From assembly GCA_964016885.1 (NCBI GenBank), contig OZ024741.1, forward strand, positions 383,408,001 to 383,472,000: 64,000 nt of DNA. Reading direction: 5' to 3'. Made by a program: the position numbers and the translations under genes. Position 1 is the first letter of the stretch. Each line of letters begins with the position of its first letter. Shown here in pieces: positions 1 through 15,203 of the stretch. Below the pieces are notes generated by a model that was not told the DNA's origin, did no database searches, and saw nothing but the letters and a program-made list of their open reading frames with translations. The DNA comes from Eledone cirrhosa. Lineage: Eukaryota.

Positions 1-3000
1 ATGACCTCAGGTCACAACGTATAGATGTGATGGCTATTTGCGAGGCCCGGATCAGCAACGTGCGACAGCTGGCCCCCACCTTTGATGACTTTGAGATGCA
101 CGCATCTCTCTGTCAGCCCGGAGGTGGGGGTGGAGTTGTCGTTCTGCTGCAAAAACATCTGGGTCTCGCAACACAGATGGTACATTTGGACCCGGAGGGT
201 CGACTAGTGGTTCTGGACCTTGGCAGTGGTAAAGGCGGAGCGTTTAGGTTGGTAGCCGCCTACGGCCCTTTCGGGTCAATGCGGCCGGACTTCTTCCATC
301 GTCTGGAGACTTTTCTAGGGACGTCCCGCTCCTTGCTATTAGTGGGGGACTGGAATGGTATCCTAGATGCACGCTGGGACTACGTAGGGGCCTGCCCCGA
401 TAGAGAGGGGTGTAATAGCCTCAAAGGGTTAATCGGTCGATTTGACCTGGCCGATAGATATCGACTAGATTTTCCTACTGCGCCAACCTGGACTTGGGCA
501 AATCGTAGCGGATCATCTAGGTCGTACCTAGATAGGTTCTTAGTTAGAATTAAGGATAAGGACTTTTTAAGTTGTCCAAAAATGCGCATGGTTGGCTATT
601 CAGACCACAAATTAGTGACCTGCATGGTCAACCTTGACAGAACTCATAGACAGGGCCCCGGTTACTGGAAGCTCAACTTGTCCTTGCCGGCAAGTAGAGC
701 CTACAGGAATCGGATTAGTACGTTAGTTAAGGAACGGTTGACTGGAGCGATCGTCAACAGCAGGTGGTGGGTATCTCTAAAGAGAGAGATTAGAGTAGTC
801 TCGATAGAATTTAGTAAGGTTCTAGCTGCGGATAGGAATAGGAAGGAAAGGGAGCTAATAGATAGAGTAGAAGAGGCAATTAGAAGCGGCGACGTGGCCA
901 GAGTGCTAGCGTCGAGAACGGCTTTGAGCCAGTTTTTCGACGCGAAGCACGAAGGCTGCGTTGTCCGAAGTAAAATACGTGCTCTAGGGAACGAGGAGAC
1001 CAAAGCTGTTAGCTGGGCCCGCGTGACAGAGGCCAACAGTGGAACTAAATCCACCATCCGGTCTTTGCGAGACCTGGATGGACGGGCGATTCTTGAGCCT
1101 AAGCAGATGTGTGAGGCCTTTCAAAGGCACTTTGCCCGACTGTTCGGGAGGGGCGGGGAGCCGGTTGGGAACGTGGACTTCGGTCCATACCTCGACGGCC
1201 TGCCGCGCCTCTCGGACAGGGAGGCGAAGTCCTGCGAGGAGCCGATTTCGGCCGCTGAGATAGAGGACGTGCTGAGCCAATGCGGCAAACGCAAATCCCC
1301 GGGTCTCGATGGTCTTCCTTACGAATTATATCTAGCTATGCCGGACTTGTTCCCCGATCTCCTCGAGGCGGTCTACTGCAACTGGCAACAGAACGGGAGA
1401 ATTCCCTGTACTGTGACCAAGGGCGTAGTCACGCTAGTGAGGAAGGACGAGAACAAGGGGGACGAAATAAGTAACTTCAGGCCCATAACACTGCTAAATA
1501 CAGAGTTACAGATTTTGGCCAAGGTGCTAGCAAAGAGGTTGGCGCTTGTCGTGGGCAACCTGGTGGGAGATGCGCAGACATGCGCTATCCCGTCCAGGTC
1601 CATCCATGACAACCTCCACCTCATGCGATACATCATAGAGAGGGTTGGGAACGAACCCGGCTTTGGTGGGGCTCTGATCAACTTGGATCAATCTAAGGCG
1701 TTCGATAGGGTCGACCATGGTTACCTGGATGCGGTGCTAGCGGCGGCAGGCTTCGGACCCGTTTTCAGGGGCTGGATCACTGCTATGCACAGCAGCCGCA
1801 TCTGCTCTAGGGTCAAGGTGAACGGCTACCTCTCGGAGCCGTTCAAAATCGCGCGGTCCATCCGACAAGGGTGCCCTCTCTCCTCCCTTCTGTATGTGTT
1901 GACTCTCGAGCCACTACTGCGGAAGTTGGAGTTGTTGCAGGGCATCCCTTTGGAACCGGGATTGCGGAAAGCGGTGTCGGCCTACGCCGATGACGTGACA
2001 GTAATGGTGTCGACGGCCTCCGAAATCGAGGCGGTCGGCACCTTACTGGAGGAGTACGAAAAGTTCACAGGGGCTAAGCTGAACCGGGACAAGTCGATCG
2101 GTTTGCAACTCGGCACGTGGAGGGGCAGACCGATGCCCTCCGATAGCGTCGTCGGACGCTGGACGGAGGGCCCGGTGAAGTTGCTCGGGGTCTGGTTCGG
2201 ACCGGACCTCCAGGTGGAGAAAAACTGGGCGGAGGTTACGAACAGGGTGTTTGCACTGACCTAGAAGTGGGCCAGTTGCAAACTATCCCTGAAAGGTCGG
2301 GCGGAGGTGGCGAACACCTACATAGCGTCCGTCATCTACTACCGCCTGACCGTAGTGCCCTGCCCAAGGGAAACCCTCACCAAGATGGAGCGCGCGCTCT
2401 TCCAATTCCTTTGGAAGAGGCGGGCTCCTATGGTGAGGAGATCCATCTGCTGTCAACACCCTTCGAAAGGAAGGCTGGGGATGCCGTGGCTAATGATGCG
2501 TAAACACGCATTAAGGCTACGGCACCTCTACGTATTCCTCACCGGACAACCGGTGTGGGCCTCGTTTGTGAGACGAACCTTTCCCAGACTCGTCTCACTC
2601 ACCGAGCTGCAATCCTGGGTCAAGCAAAACCGAGAAAACTGGGCGCCTGGCACACTGAGTGTGCCCAGGCGCTCACCGCCCTCTGGCAGGCGGATCCGGT
2701 TATCAGTGGAGACTCCACCGCAACATTCTATAGAGGGCTGGTACGCAGCAGGTGCGACGACGCCCTCGGAGAAGCCCTAGACATGGAGGAGGACGAACTG
2801 GCCAGCCTGTTCGGTAGGACATTCAGCCCGGGACCAATGGACAACTTCCAGAAGTCCCTGGCCTGGCAGTGCTACCGAGGGGCTTTACCCGTTCGAGAAA
2901 GGCTCTACAGACACGGGCGCCCGGGTAGGGACCCCGCCAAAAAGATCTGTCCCAGATGCGTGTGCAACGAGGAAACCGTTGCACACGCATTAGTACACTG

Positions 3001-3625
3001 CTCGGGCGTAGCCGATCTGTGGGGCTATGTCGAACAACTGCTGTCAAGGGTGGGACCGATCCGGTTGACCACCGAGTCTATTGTAATGATCAAGCCGCCT
3101 CCCCCCTTCAAAGATGAAGCAGAGGCGGTGTTTCTGTGCGTAATAGCCATGGCGAAAGAGGTTGTATGGTGGACGCGTCTGAAAGGACTGAGGTCGGGCA
3201 CCTTTCTCTCTGGCCAACAACTGGTCCGTTTCTTCCGATATCATTTCGGAAGAAGGATCAGGATGGAGAGAGAGGTGCTGCACCCCAGCCGTTTCTATGA
3301 AAGATGGGTGAAAGTGGCGAGAATGGCCCGTGTGAATGGGCCTTCACTCTACATCAGACTATAGGTGAGGAAGATGAAAGACCAAGGGAGCACCCCTTCT
3401 CTGTGCTCCTGAGGAGAAGGGTTGCACACTTTTTTCGGGGGGGTGTGCGACCCCCCAAGGCGCCTCCTCTCTATTGAGGATTTTGTTAAAAATTTTATTT
3501 TTTGTTATATCTTATTTTATTTTTATATTTTGTTATTGCCTCCTCCTTATTGAGGACGCCTTTTTGTGTAAACTCCCCCCTTTGTACTTGTCCCACTTTT
3601 GATGCCCTAGTGGCATATAAAAGAA
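1..3625 (+). mobile_element. Tx1/L1-clade non-LTR retrotransposon (ORF2 plus 3' UTR); 5' part lies outside the window
   Basis: GC-rich block with APE, RT and zinc-knuckle coding capacity, followed by a T-rich 3' UTR ending near 3620. Confidence 0.9.
27..3364 (+). pseudogene. Disrupted ORF2: APE endonuclease + reverse transcriptase + C-terminal CCHC knuckle
   Basis: APE motifs GDWN, YLDRF, SDH; RT motifs KSPGLDG, FRPITLLN, LDQSKAFD, RQGCPLS, YADD; CPRC-x8-H-x4-C. TAG at 2262-2264 with the frame continuing (KWASCKLSLKGR); frameshift near 2630 into ORF 2555..3364. Confidence 0.92.
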
Positions 3626-3749
3626 ATATATCTAATATATACAATATTAAGAAGCTACTAAATATAATTAAAGAAGTCGTTAACCGAATGAGTTGTTAAT
3701 GTTTGTCTATGTTTCTTTACTACTACGACAATAATTGTTCTAATTTTGT

Positions 3750-3865
3750 CCCTAGAGGTTTGCGGTCGTGCCCTTGGCAGTGGAGACTTCTGGGATCCTT
3801 GGCCCTAGGGCTACCTTACCTACTCACCACCATAGGCACTGAGCTGGTCAGCCGAAGGCGAGATG
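3750..3865 (+). mobile_element. Short 3' fragment of the CRE-like element at 60290-61400
   Basis: tggcagtggagacttctg...ccttggccctag...tactcaccaccatagg..ctgagctgg matches about 61223-61305. Confidence 0.7.
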
Positions 3866-3950
3866 GAATGGCACTTCCGTGTTCGGCCACATTGCACCTG
3901 TTATGTGGATCATGAGATAATTTGATTTTCCCTGAGCATTCTTTTTTATA

Positions 3951-4012
3951 AGTGCATTACTGGTGCATATTTTGTCGACCTCGTAAGGATGAAAGGCAAA
4001 GTTAATCTCGGT
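3951..4012 (-). mobile_element. Partial SINE (core only)
   Basis: gtgcattactggt...cgtaaggatgaaaggcaaagttaatctcgg shared with the other SINE copies. Confidence 0.7.
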
Positions 4013-4090
4013 ATATCTGAATCAAGTTTCAGATTATCCCGTTTAGGGTGAAGGGAGAAATTCATTACTTAATGTTTTAATCTATCCTAA

Positions 4091-4281
4091 TAATTGTTTC
4101 TACTTTTGGCACAAGGCCAGCAATTATTCCAGTGCATTACTGGTACTTTATTTGATCGACCCTGTAAGGATTAAAGGCAAAGTTAATCTCGGCGGGATTT
4201 CAACTCAGAAGGTAAAGGGCAATAATTCTATGCTGCAAAGCATGGTGTCTGACGCTCTTCCGATACTGCCAATCCACCGCC
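4091..4281 (-). mobile_element. tRNA-derived SINE
   Basis: Reverse complement of the ~190 bp family with A-box-like TGGCAGTATCGG and B-box-like GAGTTCAAATCC. Confidence 0.85.
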
Positions 4282-4775
4282 TGGCAATAATAATGCAATT
4301 GTCAAGCAAGATTTAAATAACCATAACTATTTGTATCTGACGATTTAGATATGACATCGTACATAAATTACCCTTTATACAATTCTGCAAATAAATTTGA
4401 ATCTGATGTTATCTATATTTAGTTTCTGTAAGCACCAGTACTATATAATAAAACCCAACTCTTTACAAGTTGTTCACGATATTTTCTTTGAGTTCTCTAA
4501 TAGAACTCAAAATGTTTACAAATAGAAAATAGGATGTAAACCAAATTGCGAAACTATAAAAAGACTAACGTATAAATTTATAATAATATAAATGTTCCAA
4601 TACAACATATAACTGATAAATTACGAATAAATAATAGATTAGTGTGTTTAGTTTATTTTCAAGTGTACATTATACTCAAAATCGACAGGGAAAACGTTAC
4701 GTCTAACCCCAAATGTTGTTTAAGCTAAGTTGCAAATACTGATATTTTACTAATTAGAAAAAAACATTGTAATCA

Positions 4776-4840
<65 letters not shown>

Positions 4841-4894
4841 TAATAAAATAATGAATAAAACAATGAAACAGTTCCTTATATTAAACAAAAAAAG

Positions 4895-5049
4895 TTCATT
4901 ATTTAACGATCGTTTCTAGGATATATATGTGTTAGAATTGGCATGCATATTCAACAGATCTATGTACAAAATTATACAAAATTATACAAACTATCAAGAT
5001 TAAATATACATACCAAACACACATATATGCCGTCTTCAGAAATAATGAA
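4895..5049 (-). ncRNA. Hammerhead ribozyme with extended stem II (inverted pLTR copy)
   Basis: Reverse complement of 12184-12338. Confidence 0.7.
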
Positions 5050-5419
5050 ATATATTTATTGATAATAACAACAATTCAAAATTTCAGGTCCGTTTGGGAA
5101 CAGAGTTCAAATTGACCAATGAAAATACAAAATATTTTATGCAGTTTGGTGTGTGTATATACATGTAACTAACTTCGTACACATATTTATATAAAGATAT
5201 ATGCTCACATGCATACGCATGCCAAAAAGATGTATGCAAATACAAAAATTCAAGGCTAATGTCTCTGTAAGTTTATAATCCACAGATAAAATGCGTATAG
5301 ACACATAAATATGAAATAAATGTATACACACATTCATATACTCACACATATACGTACACTCACACACACACACGCGTATATGCATAAACATACACATAAT
5401 TACGAACATACATACACTA

Positions 5420-7759
5420 AGGGTTAGATGGAGGGCCTACCACTTCGATAAAACATCTAAACATGCAGATGGGAAATATATGTATGATTTCAATACTTAC
5501 AAGAATCCACCACACAACTCTTTACTTGAAGACTTTGAGAAAGACCTTTTTAATTTAATTAAACACCTCAAATTTAAAAAGTATAAATCCGTCTTTCAAA
5601 AGGACCTTGATTCTACCCTATTGGACCTAAAAAAGTCTAAAAAAATCCATGTCCACTCGGACAAAACTGGTAACTTGTATCACATGGATATTGAACATTA
5701 TAATGAGTTCATATATAAAGAACTCAGGAAAAATTATAAAAAATCTAATAATGCGTCACTCACCAACATCAACAACAAAACACACAACATAGTAAAAAAA
5801 CTAAACATTGAAGATAGAACTGAACCTTTGGCATTGAAAAGACCACACTTCAACCTGAAGGATCATAAATCAAACTTTAACTCAAATCCTTCTATAAGAC
5901 TTATATGTCCCTCCAAATCAGATATTGGAATAATTAGCAAAAAAATTTTGGATAGAGTCATCCCACAAATAAGAAAACACGTTATTTTACCACTCTGGGA
6001 AAACACCTCCCAGGTAATTAACTGGTTTAAAAATATTAAATGTAAATCTTCTGCTTCATTTCTACAATTTGATATAGATAATTACTATTCTTCTATATCA
6101 CCTATACTCCTGAACAAAGCATTGATATTTGCTAAAAATAGATCTAACTTAACTTTGGATGACATTAATATTATTACACATGCTAGACTAACACTTATTG
6201 AATTTCAGAATGAATACTGGACCAGAAACACATATAGTAATCTATTTGATATTACTATGGGTTCAAGCGATTCCGCCCAAATTACTGATCTTGTGGGCCT
6301 CTTTCTCCTTTTCAACATAAATGCCTCCTTTCCCCACCTTAAAGGTGGTTTATATCGTGATGACTGTCTTCTTCTTTCCAACAACCTTAGCCTTTCAGAA
6401 ATAGAAAAAAACAAAAAGCATATTAGAACTTTCCTTAAAGACTATTATAGTCTTCATATTACTTTTGAAAAAACAAGTAAAGTAGTAAATTTCCTAGATA
6501 TAACTTTAGACTTAGCTACGGGTATCTACCAACCTTACCATAAACCAAACCAAAACTTACATTACATACACTCACAATCTAATCACCCTAAATCTATCCT
6601 TAAAAACCTTGCATATAATATATCACTTAGAATTTCTAACCTTTCTTCTAACCAAGATGTATTTGATAAAAATGCGACCTTCTATAACGAAGCTCTAGAT
6701 AGAAGTGGCCACAAAAATAGATTAGAATATATACCTTCTACTAAAAATACTAAAAACATACAACCTAATATTACCAACAAACACCAAATGAAAAGTACAC
6801 ACCTAAATGCCACCCACACTATACCCCAAAATACCAAATCTTCTAATATAAAATATAGTAACTCTCAAAAAACTACTCATCATACAACTCTAATAAATAT
6901 TAATAATAAAACTCCCAATAAAAAAGATAAAACACCTAAATCTACAAATATAACTAAAAATGGTTGTGGTGAGATCATTAACATTAATCCTCCTAGTAAA
7001 CATCACGATACAACCTATAAAAATAATAAAAATAATAAACAACATAGAAACCGTAATAGACGGGTTACTTGGTATAATGCTCCATTTAATTTACAAATTA
7101 AGGATAATATTGCTAAAAAATTTTTTTATATCCTAGAGAAAAACTTCCCGCCAAACCACAAATACCATCAAATCTTAAATAGGTCTACAGTTAAATTCTC
7201 ATACTCAACAACAAATAACATAAAACAAAATATAAGTGCCTATAATGCATATAAATGTAAGAAAACCATAAGTATACCACCAATACATCAAACTAACCAT
7301 AATATCTCCTCAAATACAGAATTAACGAAAGGTTGTAACTGTAGAAACAAAGCAAACTGCCCATTAAAAGGGAATTGTCTTGTTAACAACATAGTCTATA
7401 AATGTAATGTTAAAACTAAAGATTCTATTTGCTCATATATAGGAGCTACTTCTAACAATTTTAAGACAAGGTTTAATACCCACAAGCATAGTTTTAAAAA
7501 TGCCGCACTGGCTAATACAACATCTCTAGCAGAAAAAATAAATAGTTATAAAAATAAGAATATAGAATATGATTTGACCTGGAGTGTGCTCAAAAGAGCC
7601 ACCCCTTATCAAAATAATAGAAATGAATGTAGATTATGTTCCCAAGAACTATTTGAAATAATGAAATCTAAGGATATCCTATTAAATAAACGACAGGAAT
7701 TAATTATATCGTGTAATCATAAACTAAAAAAAACATTTAAATATTATAAACCTAATTAA
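5420..7759 (+). CDS. PLE reverse transcriptase + GIY-YIG endonuclease; open frame truncated at the N-terminus by the inversion
   Basis: Frame open from 5420 (RVRWRAYHF) through ATG 5480; SDKTG, LKDHK, FDIDNYY, MGS, YRDD, FLDITL; GCNCRNKANCPLKGNC; IVY..YIGAT..FKTRF..H; CRLC..E; LNKRQE; no internal stops. Confidence 0.92.
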   Translation, partial: RVRWRAYHFDKTSKHADGKYMYDFNTYKNPPHNSLLEDFEKDLFNLIKHLKFKKYKSVFQKDLDSTLLDLKKSKKIHVHSDKTGNLYHMDIEHYNEFIYKELRKNYKKSNNASLTNINNKTHNIVKKLNIEDRTEPLALKRPHFNLKDHKSNFNSNPSIRLICPSKSDIGIISKKILDRVIPQIRKHVILPLWENTSQVINWFKNIKCKSSASFLQFDIDNYYSSISPILLNKALIFAKNRSNLTLDDINIITHARLTLIEFQNEYWTRNTYSNLFDITMGSSDSAQITDLVGLFLLFNINASFPHLKGGLYRDDCLLLSNNLSLSEIEKNKKHIRTFLKDYYSLHITFEKTSKVVNFLDITLDLATGIYQPYHKPNQNLHYIHSQSNHPKSILKNLAYNISLRISNLSSNQDVFDKNATFYNEALDRSGHKNRLEYIPSTKNTKNIQPNITNKHQMKSTHLNATHTIPQNTKSSNIKYSNSQKTTHHTTLININNKTPNKKDKTPKSTNITKNGCGEIININPPSKHHDTTYKNNKNNKQHRNRNRRVTWYNAPFNLQIKDNIAKKFFYILEKNFPPNHKYHQILNRSTVKFSYSTTNNIKQNISAYNAYKCKKTISIPPIHQTNHNISSNTELTKGCNCRNKANCPLKGNCLVNNIVYKCNVKTKDSICSYIGATSNNFKTRFNTHKHSFKNAALANTTSLAEKINSYKNKNIEYDLTWSVLKRATPYQNNRNECRLCSQELFEIMKSKDILLNKRQELIISCNHKLKKTFKYYKPN

Positions 7760-8680
7760 TAACATTATTTTAGAAATTAATATATAATTTAATTTAAATG
7801 TTAGTTAACCTATAAATTTAATTTAATTAAAATTCTACTACAGATGAGAATATAAAATATTGTGTAATCATAAATTGTGAAAAACCTTTAAATATTACTA
7901 ATATATACTTAGTAATTTAATTTATAGATTAATTTTAATTTATTTAACCCTTTATTAAAATTCCTTTACAGATAAAATATAACAAAATATCGTGTATTCA
8001 ATGACAGAGAAATAATTTTTAGTATTATAGACCTAATTAATATACATTTTAGAAATATATTTATAATTTGGTTTTAAATTTAGTCAACCTAAAAATTTAA
8101 TTTAATTGGCTTAAAATTAGTATCCTAATACAGACGGATTGCAGAGTGTCATGTAATCATAGAATGTGATGTGTTTTGGATGTATACCTAGTTAATATAT
8201 TCTTTGCAATTTTTGAAAAAATATATATATGTATGTATATATATGTATGTGTATGTATGTATATATATATGTGTATATATATATATGTATGTATATGTAT
8301 ATGTGTATGTATTAATTTTAATTTCTGTTTACATATAATTATATTCTACTATTGATAAAATACAATATCTGTTTTATTTATTATATACCTAATTAACATA
8401 TACTATAGAAATTAATATATAATTTTTCATTTAGTTAACCTATAATTTATATTCTACTACCGATGTAATACTTTATTTGTTTTTTCCCTATTACTAAATT
8501 CATTTCCTAATATTGATACCATAACGTTAATAATTTTAATTTAGTTATACTATAATTAATACTCTACTACTATTTAACTTCAAAATTCTGCTTCAAATAT
8601 TATAAACCTAAGTAATTTACACCTTAGAAATCAATATATTAACTATCTTTAGTTTAGTTAACCTATAATTAATGGTATAC
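7700..8680 (+). repeat. Degenerate tandem repeats (~110-150 bp) derived from the PLE ORF 3' end
   Basis: Recurrent ttagttaacctataa (7801, 8431, 8654), tgtaatcata (7712, 7863, 8152), atattata.acctaa (7741, 8597). Confidence 0.6.
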
Positions 8681-8949
8681 TTATATTGAAATGCATAATT
8701 TTGCCTTCTTTCTTGCATTTCCTAATACTGAAACTATGTAAACACATATTGAGATCCAAATACAGATTAATATTCTATGTTTCTTGAAACATATATTTAC
8801 TATAATCCCCTTCTCCCCCCCCCCCTTCCCCCCTACTATTATTATCTGTATTTGTAAGCGTGTATGTATGAATATATATGTAGGTAGGTGTATATATGTT
8901 TGGCTGTTTATATCTAAGTATAAAAATACATATATGCGCATGCAAATAA

Positions 8950-11573
<2,624 letters not shown>

Positions 11574-12183
11574 CTTGATATATTTCTTTTTTCTTTTTTC
11601 TTTTTTCTTTTTCTTTTCTTTTTATTTCTAAGTTTATAGATACATCTATAAATAAGCAGTCTGCCGAAACCGTTGAATACTGACCTCTCCCCCCCTCCCA
11701 CCTAATTTCTGTATCTTGATCTAAATGTGTGTGGCAGTGTTTATGTGCGTGCATTAATGTCCTTATGCTTATGATAGTACTATATGCACATATATATGTG
11801 TGTGGGGGTGTGTGTTTGTATGTATGTTCGTAATTATGTGTATGTTTATGCATATACGCGCGTGTGTGTGTGAGTGTACGTATATGTGTGAGTATATGAA
11901 TGTGTGTATACATTTATTTCATATTTATGTGTCTATACGCATTTTATCTGTGGATTATAAACTTACAGAGACATTAGCCTTGAATTTTTGTATTTGCATA
12001 CATCTTTTTGGCATGCGTATGCATGTGAGCATATATCTTTATATAAATATGTGTACGAAGTTAGTTACATGTATATACACACACCAAACTGCATAAAATG
12101 TTTTGTATTTTCATTGGTCAATTTGAACTCTGTTCCCAAACGGACCTGAAATTTTGAATTGTTGTTATTATCAATAAATATAT

Positions 12184-12338
12184 TTCATTATTTCTGAAGA
12201 CGGCATATATGTGTGTTTGGTATGTATATTTAATCTTGATAGTTTGTATAATTTTGTATAATTTTGTACATAGATCTGTTGAATATGCATGCCAATTCTA
12301 ACACATATATATCCTAGAAACGATCGTTAAATAATGAA
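12184..12338 (+). ncRNA. Type I hammerhead ribozyme with a 116-nt stem II
   Basis: Stem I ttcattattt/aaataatgaa (10 bp); CTGAAGA 12194-12200; GAAA 12317-12320; palindromic AACGATCGTT stem III; GUU triplet. Confidence 0.75.
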
Positions 12339-12597
12339 CTTTTTTTGTTTAATATAAGGAACTGTTTCATTGTTTTATTCATTATTTTTTTAATATTTTA
12401 TCTTGACTCTGTATTCCGTTTATCTTTCACCGAAAGTGATTTTTCATTGCATCTCTTCTTTCCATGATATCCGGACTACATTGAGTTCTTCATACGGATT
12501 GGACACTACCGTAAACTCTTAGTAGATTTATCTACATATATATATATATATATATATATGTATATTTATATATATATGTATATATATATATGTATAC

Positions 12598-12632
<35 letters not shown>

Positions 12633-12846
12633 CATATATATGTATATATATACATATATACATTTAAGGAAGTGTATATATATGTATTTATATATAATAA
12701 ATGTGAAGACTAAAATCCTTAAGAGTGAAAGCAGCGATTCTTTGCTTAAACTGTAATCTCTTATTTTAATATATATATATATATTTCGGAACTAGCTGTC
12801 GAAACGGTGGGAGCTCAGCCGTCGGGGTCCTGAATATTTTTATATA

Positions 12847-12881
<35 letters not shown>

Positions 12882-14319
12882 CTGAACTATTTATTTTTCA
12901 AATACACACACGCATATATATATGTATGTGTGTGTGTGGGGGGGGGGAGTATACGTCACCATAATAGAACGCATTGTCCTTTTAACCATTTTGCATTTTG
13001 CATACCACCAGATCATGATTTTTCAATTGCTCAAATGTTTGCCAATACAATCAGTGTTGTGTGTATTGAATATACTGAAATTTCGGTTGATTGCATTACA
13101 GTATCAATGGTTATGTATTCCATAGACTCTTGTACGCTTAACGCAATTCTCAGGGAAAATCAGCGTGATACCCAACTTTAGTCATAAGGCTGGGGTCAGA
13201 TCGAAACTACGGTAAAAATATTTCCCAAACTGCTGCGTGATGGGGTTTCCATGATTGCGAATTGAACTTCTAAGTTATATTCTGCAATACCTGCAACTGT
13301 ATAGTAATTATGTTGTAATGACAATTAAATATGGTTTTCAGGAGGAAAAAATATTTCGTCTCAATAAGCGTAAAATATCGAATATATGACCACAGGTTAT
13401 GGGGAATACTTATTATCATTACTGCAGCAGGCTGAATAAATACATGCATGGAAATATGAGAAAAGGAAAAGGACAATATTCTTTACCAAATATTCAACCA
13501 ACTGATTAGTGGGTAAAGTCTTGTAGTTGTTTTAAAATTTCAGTTTTCGGGATCACTATGAGATATACATACTTGCGAACATCCATGACATACATAAATC
13601 TACATTACCACGAATATGTTAAGCTTCAACAATGATCGCTGTCCTATTTCTTGTCGACCAGAATGTTTCTTTCAAATGACACGTCTACATAGATAACGCT
13701 AAAAACAATATAATAAAAACAGGCCTATATACATACATACATACATACATACATACATACATACATACATACATTACATGCATACGCACATACACACATA
13801 CATCCAGGTTATTCAGAAAAATAGCTTATTCTATTACATAATTTGATATTCATAGACATACAATACATGTGATGCATATATAGTTAACATTTTTTTCTTA
13901 TGTACAACATAACTTATATACAAATATTCGCAATATATGTATGTAGATATATATATATGTACATACAAATATATATACATATAACAAACATTCACAAACA
14001 CCTACTATTTGACTATAAAATGTGTTGTTCTCGACACAAACGCACATACACACATACACACACACGCACACTCACACACACATACAGTAGATACACAAGC
14101 ACATATATATAGACAGACACATATAGCAAATCTACAGACAATCAGTTACGTTGTTCAGATAAACTCGTGCTAATAAATTCAAGAATGTATATATATAATA
14201 CAGTTTGACCTCTGACAGATTACTCCCAGGTGGACATTTTCTCGCCTATCTCTCAGTGATATAATGAGTAAAATTGTGGGCGGTGTTGGAATTGTTGTTA
14301 TACATGTTGTTGATGGAGA

Positions 14320-14540
14320 TAGTGGCGATGGTGGCGATGGTGGCGATGGTGGTATTCGTCGCCGTCGTCGTCGTGGCCACGGTGGTGGTGGTGGTGGTTT
14401 GTGAGGGTGTAGTAGGGATTGTTGTCGTGGCGATAGTGGTAAGAGTGGTGAAAGGCTCGTTGTTTTTGATACTGGTGACAGGCTCGTTGTTCTTGATACT
14501 GCTGCTGTTGTTGTTGTTAGTGGTATTTTTGTTGTTGCCA
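14320..14540. repeat. (GTG/GTT/GTC)-rich low-complexity tract with a 27-bp duplication
   Basis: gtggcgatg repeats; ggtga.aggctcgttgtt.ttgatact twice. Confidence 0.7.
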
Positions 14541-14579
14541 AGGGCCTTGTTTCAGAGGGAGGGGTGTAGCAAGGGACAA

Positions 14580-14610
<31 letters not shown>

Positions 14611-15203
14611 TTCAAACGTCTATTGTTTTATTTTTTGTTATTTGATATAATAAATTATTGTTAAGCTTTTTTTTTTAACTTCATTTGAAAATATAAAATT
14701 TAATTAGCGTAAAATTTTACTTATGTGATAGGGTCTGAGAAAAGGTACCATAAGCAATTTATGCTCCTTTAAGAATCAACAAATGTTGGTTTGTCACCCT
14801 CACATTTTTAAGGCAAACGAGGCCCCTGGCTGTCGCTATTGATGCTGTTGTTAATACTGCCGCTGTTTTTGTTTTTATACCTGTATGTCAGTCTTCAACG
14901 ACATTTCATCCAAGATCATCCCGTCTTTATTGGTTTATATCTAACACTAGACAAATCCAGTTTATCTCCTTTGGAGAATGCTTTCTTTAGTTTGCGATAG
15001 ATAGATAGAAATACATAGAGACAAAAAGAGTAGTACATAGATAGATACAACTCAATTTCTGTGTGTGTCTGTGAGCGCATGGTAAAAGCTAAGGTTTTAT
15101 TTCGCTGTCATGTCTAGCAAAATAGGTTACCACAACATAGCTCTTTGTGCCATGTACGCTAGACAGGCATGCAGTCAAATCGATAAAGGGCCAAGCGCAG
15201 GCC

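Noticed and set aside
14179-14645. Pro/Thr- or Val-rich ORFs
   Set aside because: Trinucleotide low complexity, no domain signal
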